A stretch of DNA of 32,000 bases from an uncultured archaeon (GCA_964468895.1 CAYXWT010000002.1:9233-41232); one strand, 5' to 3'. Numbered from the stretch's first letter, positions 1 to 8,282 are shown. Program-made: numbers and translations. The notes: generated from the letters alone by a model not told the origin.

Positions 1-1119
1 CCAAAATTAGTAATAGAAGCTATAAATAATTACTATTTAAATTGTCCAGCTAATGTTCATAGAGGTAATCATAAATTATCTCAAAAAGCTTCTATTATTT
101 ATGAAGAAACTCATGATAAAGTTGCGAATTTTGTTAATTGTAAAAATAATGAAGTTATTTTTACTTTAAATAGTACAGATGCAATAAATGAAGTGATGTA
201 TAGTTTATATAATTCTAATTATTTTAAAAAAGATGATGAAATTATAGTTAGTTTAGCTGAACATCATGCAAATCTAGTTCCTTGGCAATATTTATCTAAA
301 AAACTAGGCTTAATTTTAAAATTTATAAATATTAAAGATGATTTTACTTTAGATTTAGAAGATTTTAAAAATAAAATTACAAATAAAACAAAATTAGTTT
401 GTATAAGTCATATATCTAATACTTTAGGAACTATTAATCCAATTAAAGATATAGGTAAAATTACTCACAATTACAATTCTTTAATACTGGTTGATTGTTC
501 TCAATCAGCACCACATCTAAAACTTGATTTTAAAGATTTAGATGCTGATTTTATAGTCTTTACAGCTCATAAAATGTTAGGTCCAACAGGTATTGGATGT
601 TTGATTGCTAAAGAAGAATTATTAAATAAATTAGAACCATTTAGATTTGGTGGAGGTATGATTAGTAATGTTACAACTACTAATTCTGTTTGGAATAAAC
701 TACCTTTAAAATTTGAAGCTGGAACTCCAAATATTGCTGGTGCTTTTGGACTTAGTGCAGCTATTGATTACTTAAGTAATATTGGTTTAGATAATATTTA
801 TAATAAAGATAAAGAATTATTAAAATACGCTATTGAAAAACTAGATCCTATTGATAATTTAAGTATTTATAATATAAAAGATTATAATAAACAAGCACCA
901 ATTCTTCTTTTAGATTTGAAAGGTATTGATTGTAGAATATTTTCTACAATTCTTGATGATGAAGCAAATATTGCAACTAGAGCTGGAGTTCATTGTGCTC
1001 AACCTATAATAAACAAATATACAAAAGATGGTTTTACAAGAGTATCTTTTTATTTTTATAATACTTTTGAAGAAATAGATGTTCTTGAAAAAACTATTAA
1101 AAAAATTAGTAATCTATAA
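1..1119 (+). CDS. sufS: Cysteine desulfurase (SufS/CsdA-type class V aminotransferase), 5' end cut by the window edge
   Basis: Frame 1 is open from nt 1 (PKLVIEAINNYYLNCPANVHRGNHKLSQKASIIYEETHDKVANFV...), so the GTG at 193 in the ORF track is internal. PLP-lysine context FTAHKMLGPTGIG and active-site loop ATRAGVHCAQP are typical of SufS. Confidence 0.9.
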   Translation, partial: PKLVIEAINNYYLNCPANVHRGNHKLSQKASIIYEETHDKVANFVNCKNNEVIFTLNSTDAINEVMYSLYNSNYFKKDDEIIVSLAEHHANLVPWQYLSKKLGLILKFINIKDDFTLDLEDFKNKITNKTKLVCISHISNTLGTINPIKDIGKITHNYNSLILVDCSQSAPHLKLDFKDLDADFIVFTAHKMLGPTGIGCLIAKEELLNKLEPFRFGGGMISNVTTTNSVWNKLPLKFEAGTPNIAGAFGLSAAIDYLSNIGLDNIYNKDKELLKYAIEKLDPIDNLSIYNIKDYNKQAPILLLDLKGIDCRIFSTILDDEANIATRAGVHCAQPIINKYTKDGFTRVSFYFYNTFEEIDVLEKTIKKISNL

Positions 1120-1137
1120 TTACTTATTTTTTAAATT

Positions 1138-1605
1138 ATGATGTTTATGAATCTATTTATAATTTTTTTAATACTGTCACTAATAGATGTAATGATAATA
1201 ATTTTTGTTTTTATTAAGTATCTTAAAGTTTTAAAGAAATATAATTTATTTAAAAAAATAAAATTATTTAAAATTAATGAAATTGTTTTAGGTATAGTTA
1301 GAGTTTCTGGAACTGCAAAAGTGATAAAGCTAATAAAAACACCTTTTTCTAAAACTAATTGTGTTTTTTATAGATATGTCGAAGCAAAATTTAATGTTCA
1401 TAAAAAGTATGGTCATTCAGAAATTATAAAAGATGTTGTTAGTAAACAAAATTTTATGATAGAGGATGATACTGGGAAGTTAGAAATAAATCCTATAAAA
1501 ATATTTCCTGGTTTAGATCTTGAAAATTTTTTATACAATTTAATGATGATGGTAACAATAAAAATTACTTTAATAAAAAAACATTTGAAAATATTAAAGA
1601 AATGA
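1138..1605 (+). CDS. GIDE-like membrane protein, N-terminal fragment (reading frame breaks near 1524-1532)
   Basis: N-terminal TM helix, then INEIVLGIVRVSGTAKVIKLIKTPFSKTNCVFYRYVE...FMIEDDTGKLEINP, the pattern I associate with prokaryotic GIDE (PF12483-type) proteins. The last ~25 codons (YNLMMMVTIKITLIKKHLKILKK) look like out-of-frame read-through. Confidence 0.55.
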   Translation: MMFMNLFIIFLILSLIDVMIIIFVFIKYLKVLKKYNLFKKIKLFKINEIVLGIVRVSGTAKVIKLIKTPFSKTNCVFYRYVEAKFNVHKKYGHSEIIKDVVSKQNFMIEDDTGKLEINPIKIFPGLDLENFLYNLMMMVTIKITLIKKHLKILKK

Positions 1606-1913
1606 ACTCATCTAGTTGTTTTGTTTTTAAAGATGGAGATAAATTGTTATCGGAATATTTTATTTTGCCTGGTGAGAATGTAAGTGTTATTGGTAATATT
1701 AATAAAAAGAATAGTTTTTCAAATTATATTCTTGAATTTTTAAATAAAGATGATTTATTTGTTATTTGGCAAGGTAGTTTCAAAAAGTTAAAAAAAAAAT
1801 ATTGTGTAGTCCCAGGAATTCACCTTTTTATTTTTATTTTATTAATTTTATTTTCGATAGTTTTTTTTATAGTGGGTTTATTTATGTTTATATTTTATTT
1901 TCTGTTTTTATAA
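1602..1913 (+). CDS. GIDE-like membrane protein, C-terminal fragment (frame is actually open from 1524)
   Basis: Frame 0 is open from 1524 (KFFIQFNDDGNNKNYFNKKTFENIKEMNSSS...LSEYFILPGENVSVIGNI...) and ends in a C-terminal TM helix. Together with 1138-1530 it would give one ~258 aa TM-GIDE-TM protein. Confidence 0.55.
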   Translation: MNSSSCFVFKDGDKLLSEYFILPGENVSVIGNINKKNSFSNYILEFLNKDDLFVIWQGSFKKLKKKYCVVPGIHLFIFILLILFSIVFFIVGLFMFIFYFLFL

Positions 1914-2041
1914 TGTTAAAATAGGGGCTTTTTTAATTAAAAACACATTATATAAATATTTTGGATATTTAATATTTTATCTTTATATAAAAAGAGAGTG
2001 ATATATAAATAAAAATATGAATTTTACTGGAGGTTTTAACA

Positions 2042-2317
2042 ATGGAAGAAGAAACAAACACTATTTTTATTGGAAAAAAAAACACCATGGCTTATGTACT
2101 TGCTGTGATAACTCAGTTTAATCAAGGTGCCGAAGAAGTAGTTATTAAAGCTAGAGGTAAAACAATTTCAAAAGCAGTAGATGTATCAGAAATTGTAAAA
2201 AACAAATTTGTAAACACTCTTAAAGTTAAAAACATAATTATATCTACAGAAGAAATAATTACTGGAAACGATACACCTATGAAAGTTTCAGCAATAGAGA
2301 TTCAACTTCTTAAATAA
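2042..2317 (+). CDS. albA: Alba (Sso10b/Sac10b family) DNA/RNA-binding chromatin protein
   Basis: NTIFIGKKNTMAYVLAVITQFNQGAEEVVIKARGKTISKAVDVSEIVKNKF...VSAIEIQL is canonical Alba. GGAGGT lies at 2029-2034, 7 nt before the ATG, and TATA-like ctttatataaaaag lies ~50 nt upstream. Confidence 0.95.
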   Translation: MEEETNTIFIGKKNTMAYVLAVITQFNQGAEEVVIKARGKTISKAVDVSEIVKNKFVNTLKVKNIIISTEEIITGNDTPMKVSAIEIQLLK

Positions 2318-2358
2318 CATTTAAAATAAATTTTTACTTTATTTCTTTTTTTTAATTT

Positions 2359-3411
2359 TTAGTTATTTATTATTTTAGGTATTGGTAAATTTAATTCTAA
2401 AAAGTAATGTTGTATTTTAGACGAGAACTTATGTTTGTTTACTTTGTCTATAGTTTTATTATTTGTATTCAAAGGCCTTTTATTTAAATTTAAATATGTT
2501 TGCTTGGTTTTTAATTCTATTTTCTTATTATAAAATTTAGTATTTGTATTTTCTAGAAATAATGGTATTTCTTTAATTAAATTATTAAGTAGAGCATATT
2601 CTGTTAAATATTGAATAAATTGTATATTCTCTTGTAAGTTTTTGTTTTTAATATTATTTATCATATTTTTATTAGAATGTATTTTTTTAGTTATATCTAT
2701 TGATTTTTTTAAATCTTCTAGTTTCCTATTAATGTTAGTGGTAATTTCATAATCCAAATTATTTTTATTATGTGCTAAAGATTTATTACTTATAATTAAA
2801 TCTTTTTTAAAGAAATCATTTTCTAGAAGTGTATTAATTATTTGTGAATTTTTTATGTTTTTTTGAGGTTTAGTTTTTAATAGGTTGCTTATTATTAGTT
2901 TTTTAGTAATTGGTTCAATTAATTTCTTTTGAATATTTAAATTGGTATTTTCTAGATATTTTTTTACACCTAAATGAATTAAATCTTTACTATCTACTTT
3001 TCTAATTTTGTTTTTTAAAATTAAAGAAAATGAATCATAATACGACCAATTATTATTTATTAAAAACTGTCTTTCAGGTTCAATTTCTAATATCTCTTTA
3101 TTTAAAGAATACTTTAGTATATTTTGACATTTTCTAAGAATAATATTATTTACAGATATGATTTTTATTTTGTTTTTTTCAATTTTTTTTATTTTTATTA
3201 ACCCTTTAAATTCAGAAAGTAAATTAGATATCATTTCTTTAGAATTATTAATTATAAAATAGGGGTAGTATTTTTCTTTATGAATATATTCAAAATTATT
3301 AGATAAAGGATTTCTAGAAAAATATAGCTTGATTCTGCTTTTATTATTTTCATATTCAGCATTTAAAAGAAAATATTTTTCTTTATCTTTATTTGTATTT
3401 TTTAATTCCAT
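2359..3411 (-). CDS. Hypothetical Lys/Asn-rich protein; possible degenerate family-B DNA polymerase N-terminal/exonuclease-like module (by-eye only)
   Basis: A long uninterrupted ORF with its own divergent promoter region. Local resemblances to archaeal PolB N-terminus are YFLLNAEY..SRIKLYF..YYPYFII, ILEIEPERQFLINNN and QYLTEYALL. No DIE-type Exo I motif is present. Confidence 0.3.
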   Translation of the reverse strand: MELKNTNKDKEKYFLLNAEYENNKSRIKLYFSRNPLSNNFEYIHKEKYYPYFIINNSKEMISNLLSEFKGLIKIKKIEKNKIKIISVNNIILRKCQNILKYSLNKEILEIEPERQFLINNNWSYYDSFSLILKNKIRKVDSKDLIHLGVKKYLENTNLNIQKKLIEPITKKLIISNLLKTKPQKNIKNSQIINTLLENDFFKKDLIISNKSLAHNKNNLDYEITTNINRKLEDLKKSIDITKKIHSNKNMINNIKNKNLQENIQFIQYLTEYALLNNLIKEIPLFLENTNTKFYNKKIELKTKQTYLNLNKRPLNTNNKTIDKVNKHKFSSKIQHYFLELNLPIPKIINN

Positions 3412-3478
3412 AATTTTTAAACCATTTTCAATTAATTTTTAGATTAATATATATTTAACCTTTAAAGCAGGTAATGTT

Positions 3479-3504
3479 TTTGAAAGAGGGTAGTTGGCCG
3501 TAGC
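3479..3504 (+). promoter_or_regulatory. GC-rich conserved motif copy 1 (TTTGAAAGAGGGTAGTTGGCCGTAGC) abutting a TATA-like tract
   Basis: 19 of 26 positions are shared with 25499-25523 in the same orientation. It is immediately followed by aaataaatatatatataaag. It lies 42 nt upstream of ATG 3547 (+) and ~70-90 nt upstream of ATG 3411 (-). Confidence 0.4.
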
Positions 3505-3546
3505 AAATAAATATATATATAAAGAAAATGTTCTTTATTTTATTAT

Positions 3547-5253
3547 ATGTTTTTAAATAATACTTCTAAAAATCAATATTATTACGAATTTAAATTAATT
3601 TTGTTTTCAATATTTTTATTATTTATATTTAAGTTAGTGGTGATTAAAGATCCTGGGCTTATAATAACTACATTTATATTTGAGAGTTTAATTTTTTTAT
3701 TAATATTTCTTTTATTTTATAAATTTAGAAATCGTACCGCAGATTTTATCTTTTATATATTTTATTTTGTACATTTTATAACATCTATTTTGAACACATA
3801 TTATATTCAAGACATATTATTTAGAAAATTATCTTTATTATCTTTAGATTGGGGGTCAATTTTATTTTTTATAAAAAACATACTTCCTTTAAATTTAATG
3901 ATAGTTTTTGTTTTTGCAATAATAATTTTATTAACAGTTCCTAGATTTGTAAAAATTAATTTTAAATTTAATAAATATCTTTGTAATAAAAATTATATTT
4001 TAAGTATAATTTTAATTATCTTTTTTCTTGTAATTATTCCTTTAATTTCTGGAGATCATTTTACAAGTCCTTATGTTAATAGTTTTAGAAGTATTAATTT
4101 TACAAAACAAGAGGTTAATGTTTATGATTATCAAGTTTTAGAAGATATTAATTATGATTCTGATTTTAATTATCTTTTTAGTGAAATTGAATATCCTGAT
4201 TCTAATATGATTTTAGATTATAATAGAGTATTAGTTTTTGTGGCTGAGTCTTTACCTACTAATAAATTTGAATTAGAATTAAAACTAGGTGATGAAGATA
4301 ATTTTTTTAATAAGGTAAAAGATAAATCTATATTTTTTGATAATTATTCTACTAATAATCAAGATAGTAGAACTGCAGTAATGAGTATGCTTTCAGGTAT
4401 ATTTATACCTTATGAATCTTATAGACATGCTGATTGGTATGGTCTTTATGCTAAAAAGGTTCTTAATAAAAATAATCTTGTAGATTATTTTAATAGTAAA
4501 GGTTATTCTACAGAATTTATGATTTCTTCTATAGAAACCCCTATTGTAGGTGCTTATTATAATTGGCAAGTTAATCATAATATAGATGATAAAGAAGAAT
4601 ATAATAAATTTAATAATAATAATATCTGTATGCATGTTTTAGAATACCAATATGGTTGTGAGGATATGGATCTTCTTGATGATCTTAAAGATCTGTTAAA
4701 AAATAAAGATAAATTGTTTTTTATGCAAGAATTTATATTTGGCCACAATCAGGACTATCTTAGTTTATCTGGTATGAATAGAACTCAATATTATAGTTCT
4801 TATCTCAATAAAGTTTATACTTTTTTAGAATATGAAGATTTATTAGATGGTACTTTAATAGTATTTGTTGGAGATCATGGATCTAAAGAGTATAATACTA
4901 TAAGATTAGATACAGGTTATAAAGTACCTTTAGTCTTAGTTTCTAATAATTTTGAGTCTAAGATTATTTCAAAACCTTATTCTCATATTAATTTCCCAGA
5001 AATTTTATATTCAGTGGTTTTAGATAATAATAAATCTAATTTGGAATTTCCAAAAATAGATGTTAATTATGTTTTATTTTATGGATCTACTAGTAGTAAT
5101 TTATTTGGATTTTCTAAAGATAGAAGTTATGCTATATATAATATAACTTTAAATCCTATAGTTGAAACTTATGCCAATATTTCTGAAAATGATGCTGATT
5201 ATATGTATAATCTAATTTATAATTATAAAAAATATTTTGATATTCAAAAGTAA
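3547..5253 (+). CDS. Membrane-anchored sulfatase/alkaline-phosphatase superfamily transferase (LtaS / phosphoglycerol-transferase-like)
   Basis: ~5 N-terminal TM helices, then an extracytoplasmic domain with VLVFVAESLP, DSRTAVMSMLSG (candidate Thr nucleophile) and VFVGDHGS (GDHG metal-site motif). There is no CxPxR formylglycine motif. Confidence 0.7.
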   Translation: MFLNNTSKNQYYYEFKLILFSIFLLFIFKLVVIKDPGLIITTFIFESLIFLLIFLLFYKFRNRTADFIFYIFYFVHFITSILNTYYIQDILFRKLSLLSLDWGSILFFIKNILPLNLMIVFVFAIIILLTVPRFVKINFKFNKYLCNKNYILSIILIIFFLVIIPLISGDHFTSPYVNSFRSINFTKQEVNVYDYQVLEDINYDSDFNYLFSEIEYPDSNMILDYNRVLVFVAESLPTNKFELELKLGDEDNFFNKVKDKSIFFDNYSTNNQDSRTAVMSMLSGIFIPYESYRHADWYGLYAKKVLNKNNLVDYFNSKGYSTEFMISSIETPIVGAYYNWQVNHNIDDKEEYNKFNNNNICMHVLEYQYGCEDMDLLDDLKDLLKNKDKLFFMQEFIFGHNQDYLSLSGMNRTQYYSSYLNKVYTFLEYEDLLDGTLIVFVGDHGSKEYNTIRLDTGYKVPLVLVSNNFESKIISKPYSHINFPEILYSVVLDNNKSNLEFPKIDVNYVLFYGSTSSNLFGFSKDRSYAIYNITLNPIVETYANISENDADYMYNLIYNYKKYFDIQK

Positions 5254-5265
5254 ATAGGTGATAAA

Positions 5266-6165
5266 ATGATTTATGTGGTAGGGCATGAATACCCTAAAAG
5301 TGATATAGATTCTGTGTTTTCTTCAATTTTACTTTCTAACTTTTTAGAGAATAATTCTAAATGTAAAACTAAGCCTATAAGATTTAATAAAAAAGTAAAA
5401 AATATTGATCTAATTCTACAGAAACTAAAATTTGACTATCCTAAAAAGTATAAAGTTAAAGATAATGATTTGTTTGTACTAGTAGATCATAATGATTTAG
5501 ATCAATCTCTTAATCATTATAATCTCTCTAATAAAGTTTGGGGTATTATAGATCATCATTCTGATTTACATACTGTAAAACCTATTGAATTTAATATTAA
5601 TAAAAAAATAGGTGCTACTGCAACAATTATTTATCAACTATATAAAGAAAAGAATATTAAAATTACTAAAAAAATTGCTCAATTGTTTGTATATGCTATA
5701 ATTTCGGACACCAAAAATCTACTTTTAGAGACAACTACTAAAAAAGATATTATCGCACTTGATGAATTGTATTCTAAATTTAAATTAAAAGATAAATCTA
5801 AAATATTTGCAGAAATTTATAATTTTAAAGATTTAAATAATGTGTCTTGTTCTAAGTTATTAGATAATAGTTATAAGTTTTATAATTTTAATAATTCTAA
5901 AATACGTATTAGTAATATAAATGTAGACTCTAGTTTTAATAAACAAGAATTGGTTATAGATTATTTAAAAAATAATATCTCTAAAACATATTCTGAATTT
6001 GATTTAGTTGTTCTTTCATTTAAGGATTTTGATATTTTTAAGACAAAAGTATTTTACTTTGGAAAACTAAAGTGTTATTTTAAAAATTACACTTATAATT
6101 TTTTAAGAACTAGAAAGATATTAGCCTTTAAAATTAAAACTAAGTTAGATTCTTTAAAATATTGA
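5266..6165 (+). CDS. DHH-family phosphoesterase, family II inorganic pyrophosphatase-like
   Basis: VVGHEYPKSDIDS, VLVDHNDLDQS, IIDHHSD, GATATII and ISDTKNLLLETTTKKD parallel the PpaC motifs GHxNPDxD, VDHNExxQS, DHH, GST and SDTLxxxSxTTTxxD. AGGTGA lies at 5257-5262. The C-terminal DHHA2 part is divergent. Confidence 0.65.
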   Translation: MIYVVGHEYPKSDIDSVFSSILLSNFLENNSKCKTKPIRFNKKVKNIDLILQKLKFDYPKKYKVKDNDLFVLVDHNDLDQSLNHYNLSNKVWGIIDHHSDLHTVKPIEFNINKKIGATATIIYQLYKEKNIKITKKIAQLFVYAIISDTKNLLLETTTKKDIIALDELYSKFKLKDKSKIFAEIYNFKDLNNVSCSKLLDNSYKFYNFNNSKIRISNINVDSSFNKQELVIDYLKNNISKTYSEFDLVVLSFKDFDIFKTKVFYFGKLKCYFKNYTYNFLRTRKILAFKIKTKLDSLKY

Positions 6166-6238
6166 CATTTTTTTAAATATAAATTATATTTATATAGACT
6201 TTGATAGTATTATATATTATTAGAATATAGGTTTTCAT

Positions 6239-7573
6239 ATGAATTTTAAATCATTATTTAATAAAAATAAAATTTCAAATAAATTGTTCTTACTTTTTAT
6301 TTTTATAGTTATAGCAATGTTTGTGCATTATTCATTTAAGTTAAACTGGTTTTTATTTATTACTCTTTCAGCAATATTCTTATATATGACAATTATATTT
6401 ATATTTACTTATTTTTTATATCCTGAAATTTCAAAAACTAAAAAATTACCAGCAAAATTACCACAAGTTGTAGCAGTGACTTATGCTTTTAATGATTGGA
6501 CTGCTGTAAGATATACTGTTGAAAAACTAAAAAAATTAAAATATCCAAAAAAAGTTCCTATATATGTTATAACAGATGGTACTTGTAAATTTTTAGATTC
6601 TGATAAAGATATAACCCAGATAGTTTTACCTAAAAAATATTTTACTGGAAATCAAATAAATGTAAAAGCTACAATTATGAATCTAGGTCTTAAAAAAATA
6701 AAAACAGATTATTTATTTTGTGTAGATGGGGATACTCTTCCTAATGCTGATGCACTAATAAATATGGTTGGATTTATGACTAAAAATGTAGCTGTTGTTA
6801 ATGGAATATTATTACCAAGTAATAATAAAAATTTTTTAGAAAAATTACAAACTTTAGAATATAATTTTAGTTGGGGTATAAGTCTAAGAGTTTTATCTGC
6901 ATTAAATTCTATAAGTGTTGCTGTTGGAGGTATGTGCTTAATTAAAAAAGCTGCTTTTGATAAGGTAGGTGGCTATGATGAAACTAATGTTACCGAGGAT
7001 AGAGAACTTGCTTATAGACTTATGGAAGAAGGCTATGTTATAAGATGTGCTGAAAGTTCAAGAGGTTATACTGAAGTTCCAAATACTATTAAATCTTTTT
7101 TTAATCAAAGATTTAGATGGTACACAGGAGAAATCGCTACAATCTGCAAACATAAAAAGTTTCTATTTAATCATAATCAAGATGTTTTTGGTTTAATTGT
7201 TTTACCTTATACTTTTATTATGCAAATAGTGGGTGTTGCATTAGTTATTAAAATGTTATTTTTTAATTTTAAAAATTGGTTGATTTTCAATTATTATTAT
7301 TTGTTAGAATCTTTGAAGTATGGTGTTTTAAGTTTACAATTTTCTAAGTTTGTTTATTTGCCTTCAACAACAATTATGGGAGGTATGATAATTTGTATAT
7401 TTATTATCTTTGCTTTATTATCTTTTTCATTTAGTGATTTTGAATTAAAACCAAAATATTATTTTCCATTTTTTATATTTTCCTCACTTTATGGTGCAGG
7501 ATTATTAGGTATATATATTTATTCTATGATTAGAGAATTTTTAGGAAGTGATTACAGATGGGTAAAAAGTTAG
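6239..7573 (+). CDS. Processive family-2 glycosyltransferase (PgaC/NodC/cellulose-synthase-like) with flanking TM helices
   Basis: Motifs are VAVTYAFND, CVDGDT (DxD), TEDRELAYRL (TED) and QRFRW (QxxRW). There are 2 TM helices before and ~4 after the catalytic domain. AGGT lies 6 nt upstream of the ATG. Confidence 0.85.
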   Translation: MNFKSLFNKNKISNKLFLLFIFIVIAMFVHYSFKLNWFLFITLSAIFLYMTIIFIFTYFLYPEISKTKKLPAKLPQVVAVTYAFNDWTAVRYTVEKLKKLKYPKKVPIYVITDGTCKFLDSDKDITQIVLPKKYFTGNQINVKATIMNLGLKKIKTDYLFCVDGDTLPNADALINMVGFMTKNVAVVNGILLPSNNKNFLEKLQTLEYNFSWGISLRVLSALNSISVAVGGMCLIKKAAFDKVGGYDETNVTEDRELAYRLMEEGYVIRCAESSRGYTEVPNTIKSFFNQRFRWYTGEIATICKHKKFLFNHNQDVFGLIVLPYTFIMQIVGVALVIKMLFFNFKNWLIFNYYYLLESLKYGVLSLQFSKFVYLPSTTIMGGMIICIFIIFALLSFSFSDFELKPKYYFPFFIFSSLYGAGLLGIYIYSMIREFLGSDYRWVKS

Positions 7574-8265
7574 AAAGTGACCATAAGGTCAATAAAAATA
7601 TATTTTTAGCTGCATTATTATTTTTATTAATATTTATAGTGGCAGGTTATTCAGGAATTATGTTATATGATTCATATAAAAAAGATACTTTAGAATATGA
7701 TTATTCTTTATTAAACCAACAAGTATTATTGGATGACTTATATGATAATTATTTAGAAGATGTGAATTCACAAGATGAAAAATGTGCCATTTTAGTTAAT
7801 CAATTAGATTCTCAATTAGAAGTAAATAAAGAGCTATTTGAAAGATTAACATTAATTAATAAAAATGCAATTGTAGATACTGATAATAAATTAAAATACA
7901 CTTATGTTTTGACAAATATTAAACTTTGGTTACATTATAATAAAATAACTAAAGAATGTAAAGATTTAAATCTTACAAGTGGACTTTATTTTTATCCAGA
8001 AGTTAAGAGTGATAATAGTAAACGTGAAATGTTATATGCTAAAACTATAGTTTTTCAAAAAAAATTACAAGAATTTGATAAGGCTTGTAATTATGATTCT
8101 TTTGCTTTGCCATATCTTTCTTATATACCTATATTAAATCAAATAATATCTGATTATAATGTCACACAAAGTCCAGCAGCTGTTGTTAATGGTAAAGTTA
8201 TTTATGAATTTCCAAAAGATATGAATGCTGAATTTTATGCTAGTTATGGATGTACTTTGAAATAA
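7558..8265 (+). CDS. Hypothetical single-pass membrane protein with ~200 aa extracytoplasmic 4-Cys domain, translationally coupled to the GT2
   Basis: The ATG at 7558 overlaps the GT2 stop (7571-7573) by 16 nt. An N-terminal TM (IFLAALLFLLIFIVAGYSGIML) is followed by a soluble domain with 4 Cys. I recognise no family. Confidence 0.5.
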   Translation: MGKKLESDHKVNKNIFLAALLFLLIFIVAGYSGIMLYDSYKKDTLEYDYSLLNQQVLLDDLYDNYLEDVNSQDEKCAILVNQLDSQLEVNKELFERLTLINKNAIVDTDNKLKYTYVLTNIKLWLHYNKITKECKDLNLTSGLYFYPEVKSDNSKREMLYAKTIVFQKKLQEFDKACNYDSFALPYLSYIPILNQIISDYNVTQSPAAVVNGKVIYEFPKDMNAEFYASYGCTLK

Positions 8266-8282
8266 AAAAAAAGATCTTTAAA

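Noticed and set aside
1-192. GTG 193 as the start of the cysteine desulfurase gene.
   Set aside because: The same frame is open to nt 1 and encodes the conserved SufS N-terminal region (NVHRGNHKLSQKA...). The gene is simply truncated by the window.
2016-2120. A small upstream ORF (MNFTGGFNNGRRNKHYFYWKKKHHGLCTCCDNSV) overlapping the alba start.
   Set aside because: It contains the alba SD within it, overlaps alba out of frame, and has no SD of its own. It is most likely a fortuitous ATG in the alba 5' UTR.
4393-4635. Antisense or alternative-frame ORFs from the track: 4393-4635(-), 10616-10816(+), 10880-11140(+), 20804-20986(+), 21548-21862(-), 22667-22981(+), 24268-24486(+) and 27422-27607(+).
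   Set aside because: Each lies entirely inside a well-supported conserved gene. Each translates to Ile/Phe/Leu/Lys-rich low-complexity sequence, as expected from open frames in very AT-rich DNA. None has a convincing SD or a recognisable motif.
3547-5253. A functional link between the sulfatase-fold protein (3547-5253) and the FGE/SUMF1 domain of the adhesin (28900-29649), as a formylglycine maturation pair.
   Set aside because: The sulfatase-fold protein lacks the C/S-x-P-x-R formylglycine target motif and looks LtaS-like, with a Thr nucleophile. The FGE-like domain is part of a secreted adhesin-type protein, where this fold usually acts as a lectin-like module.
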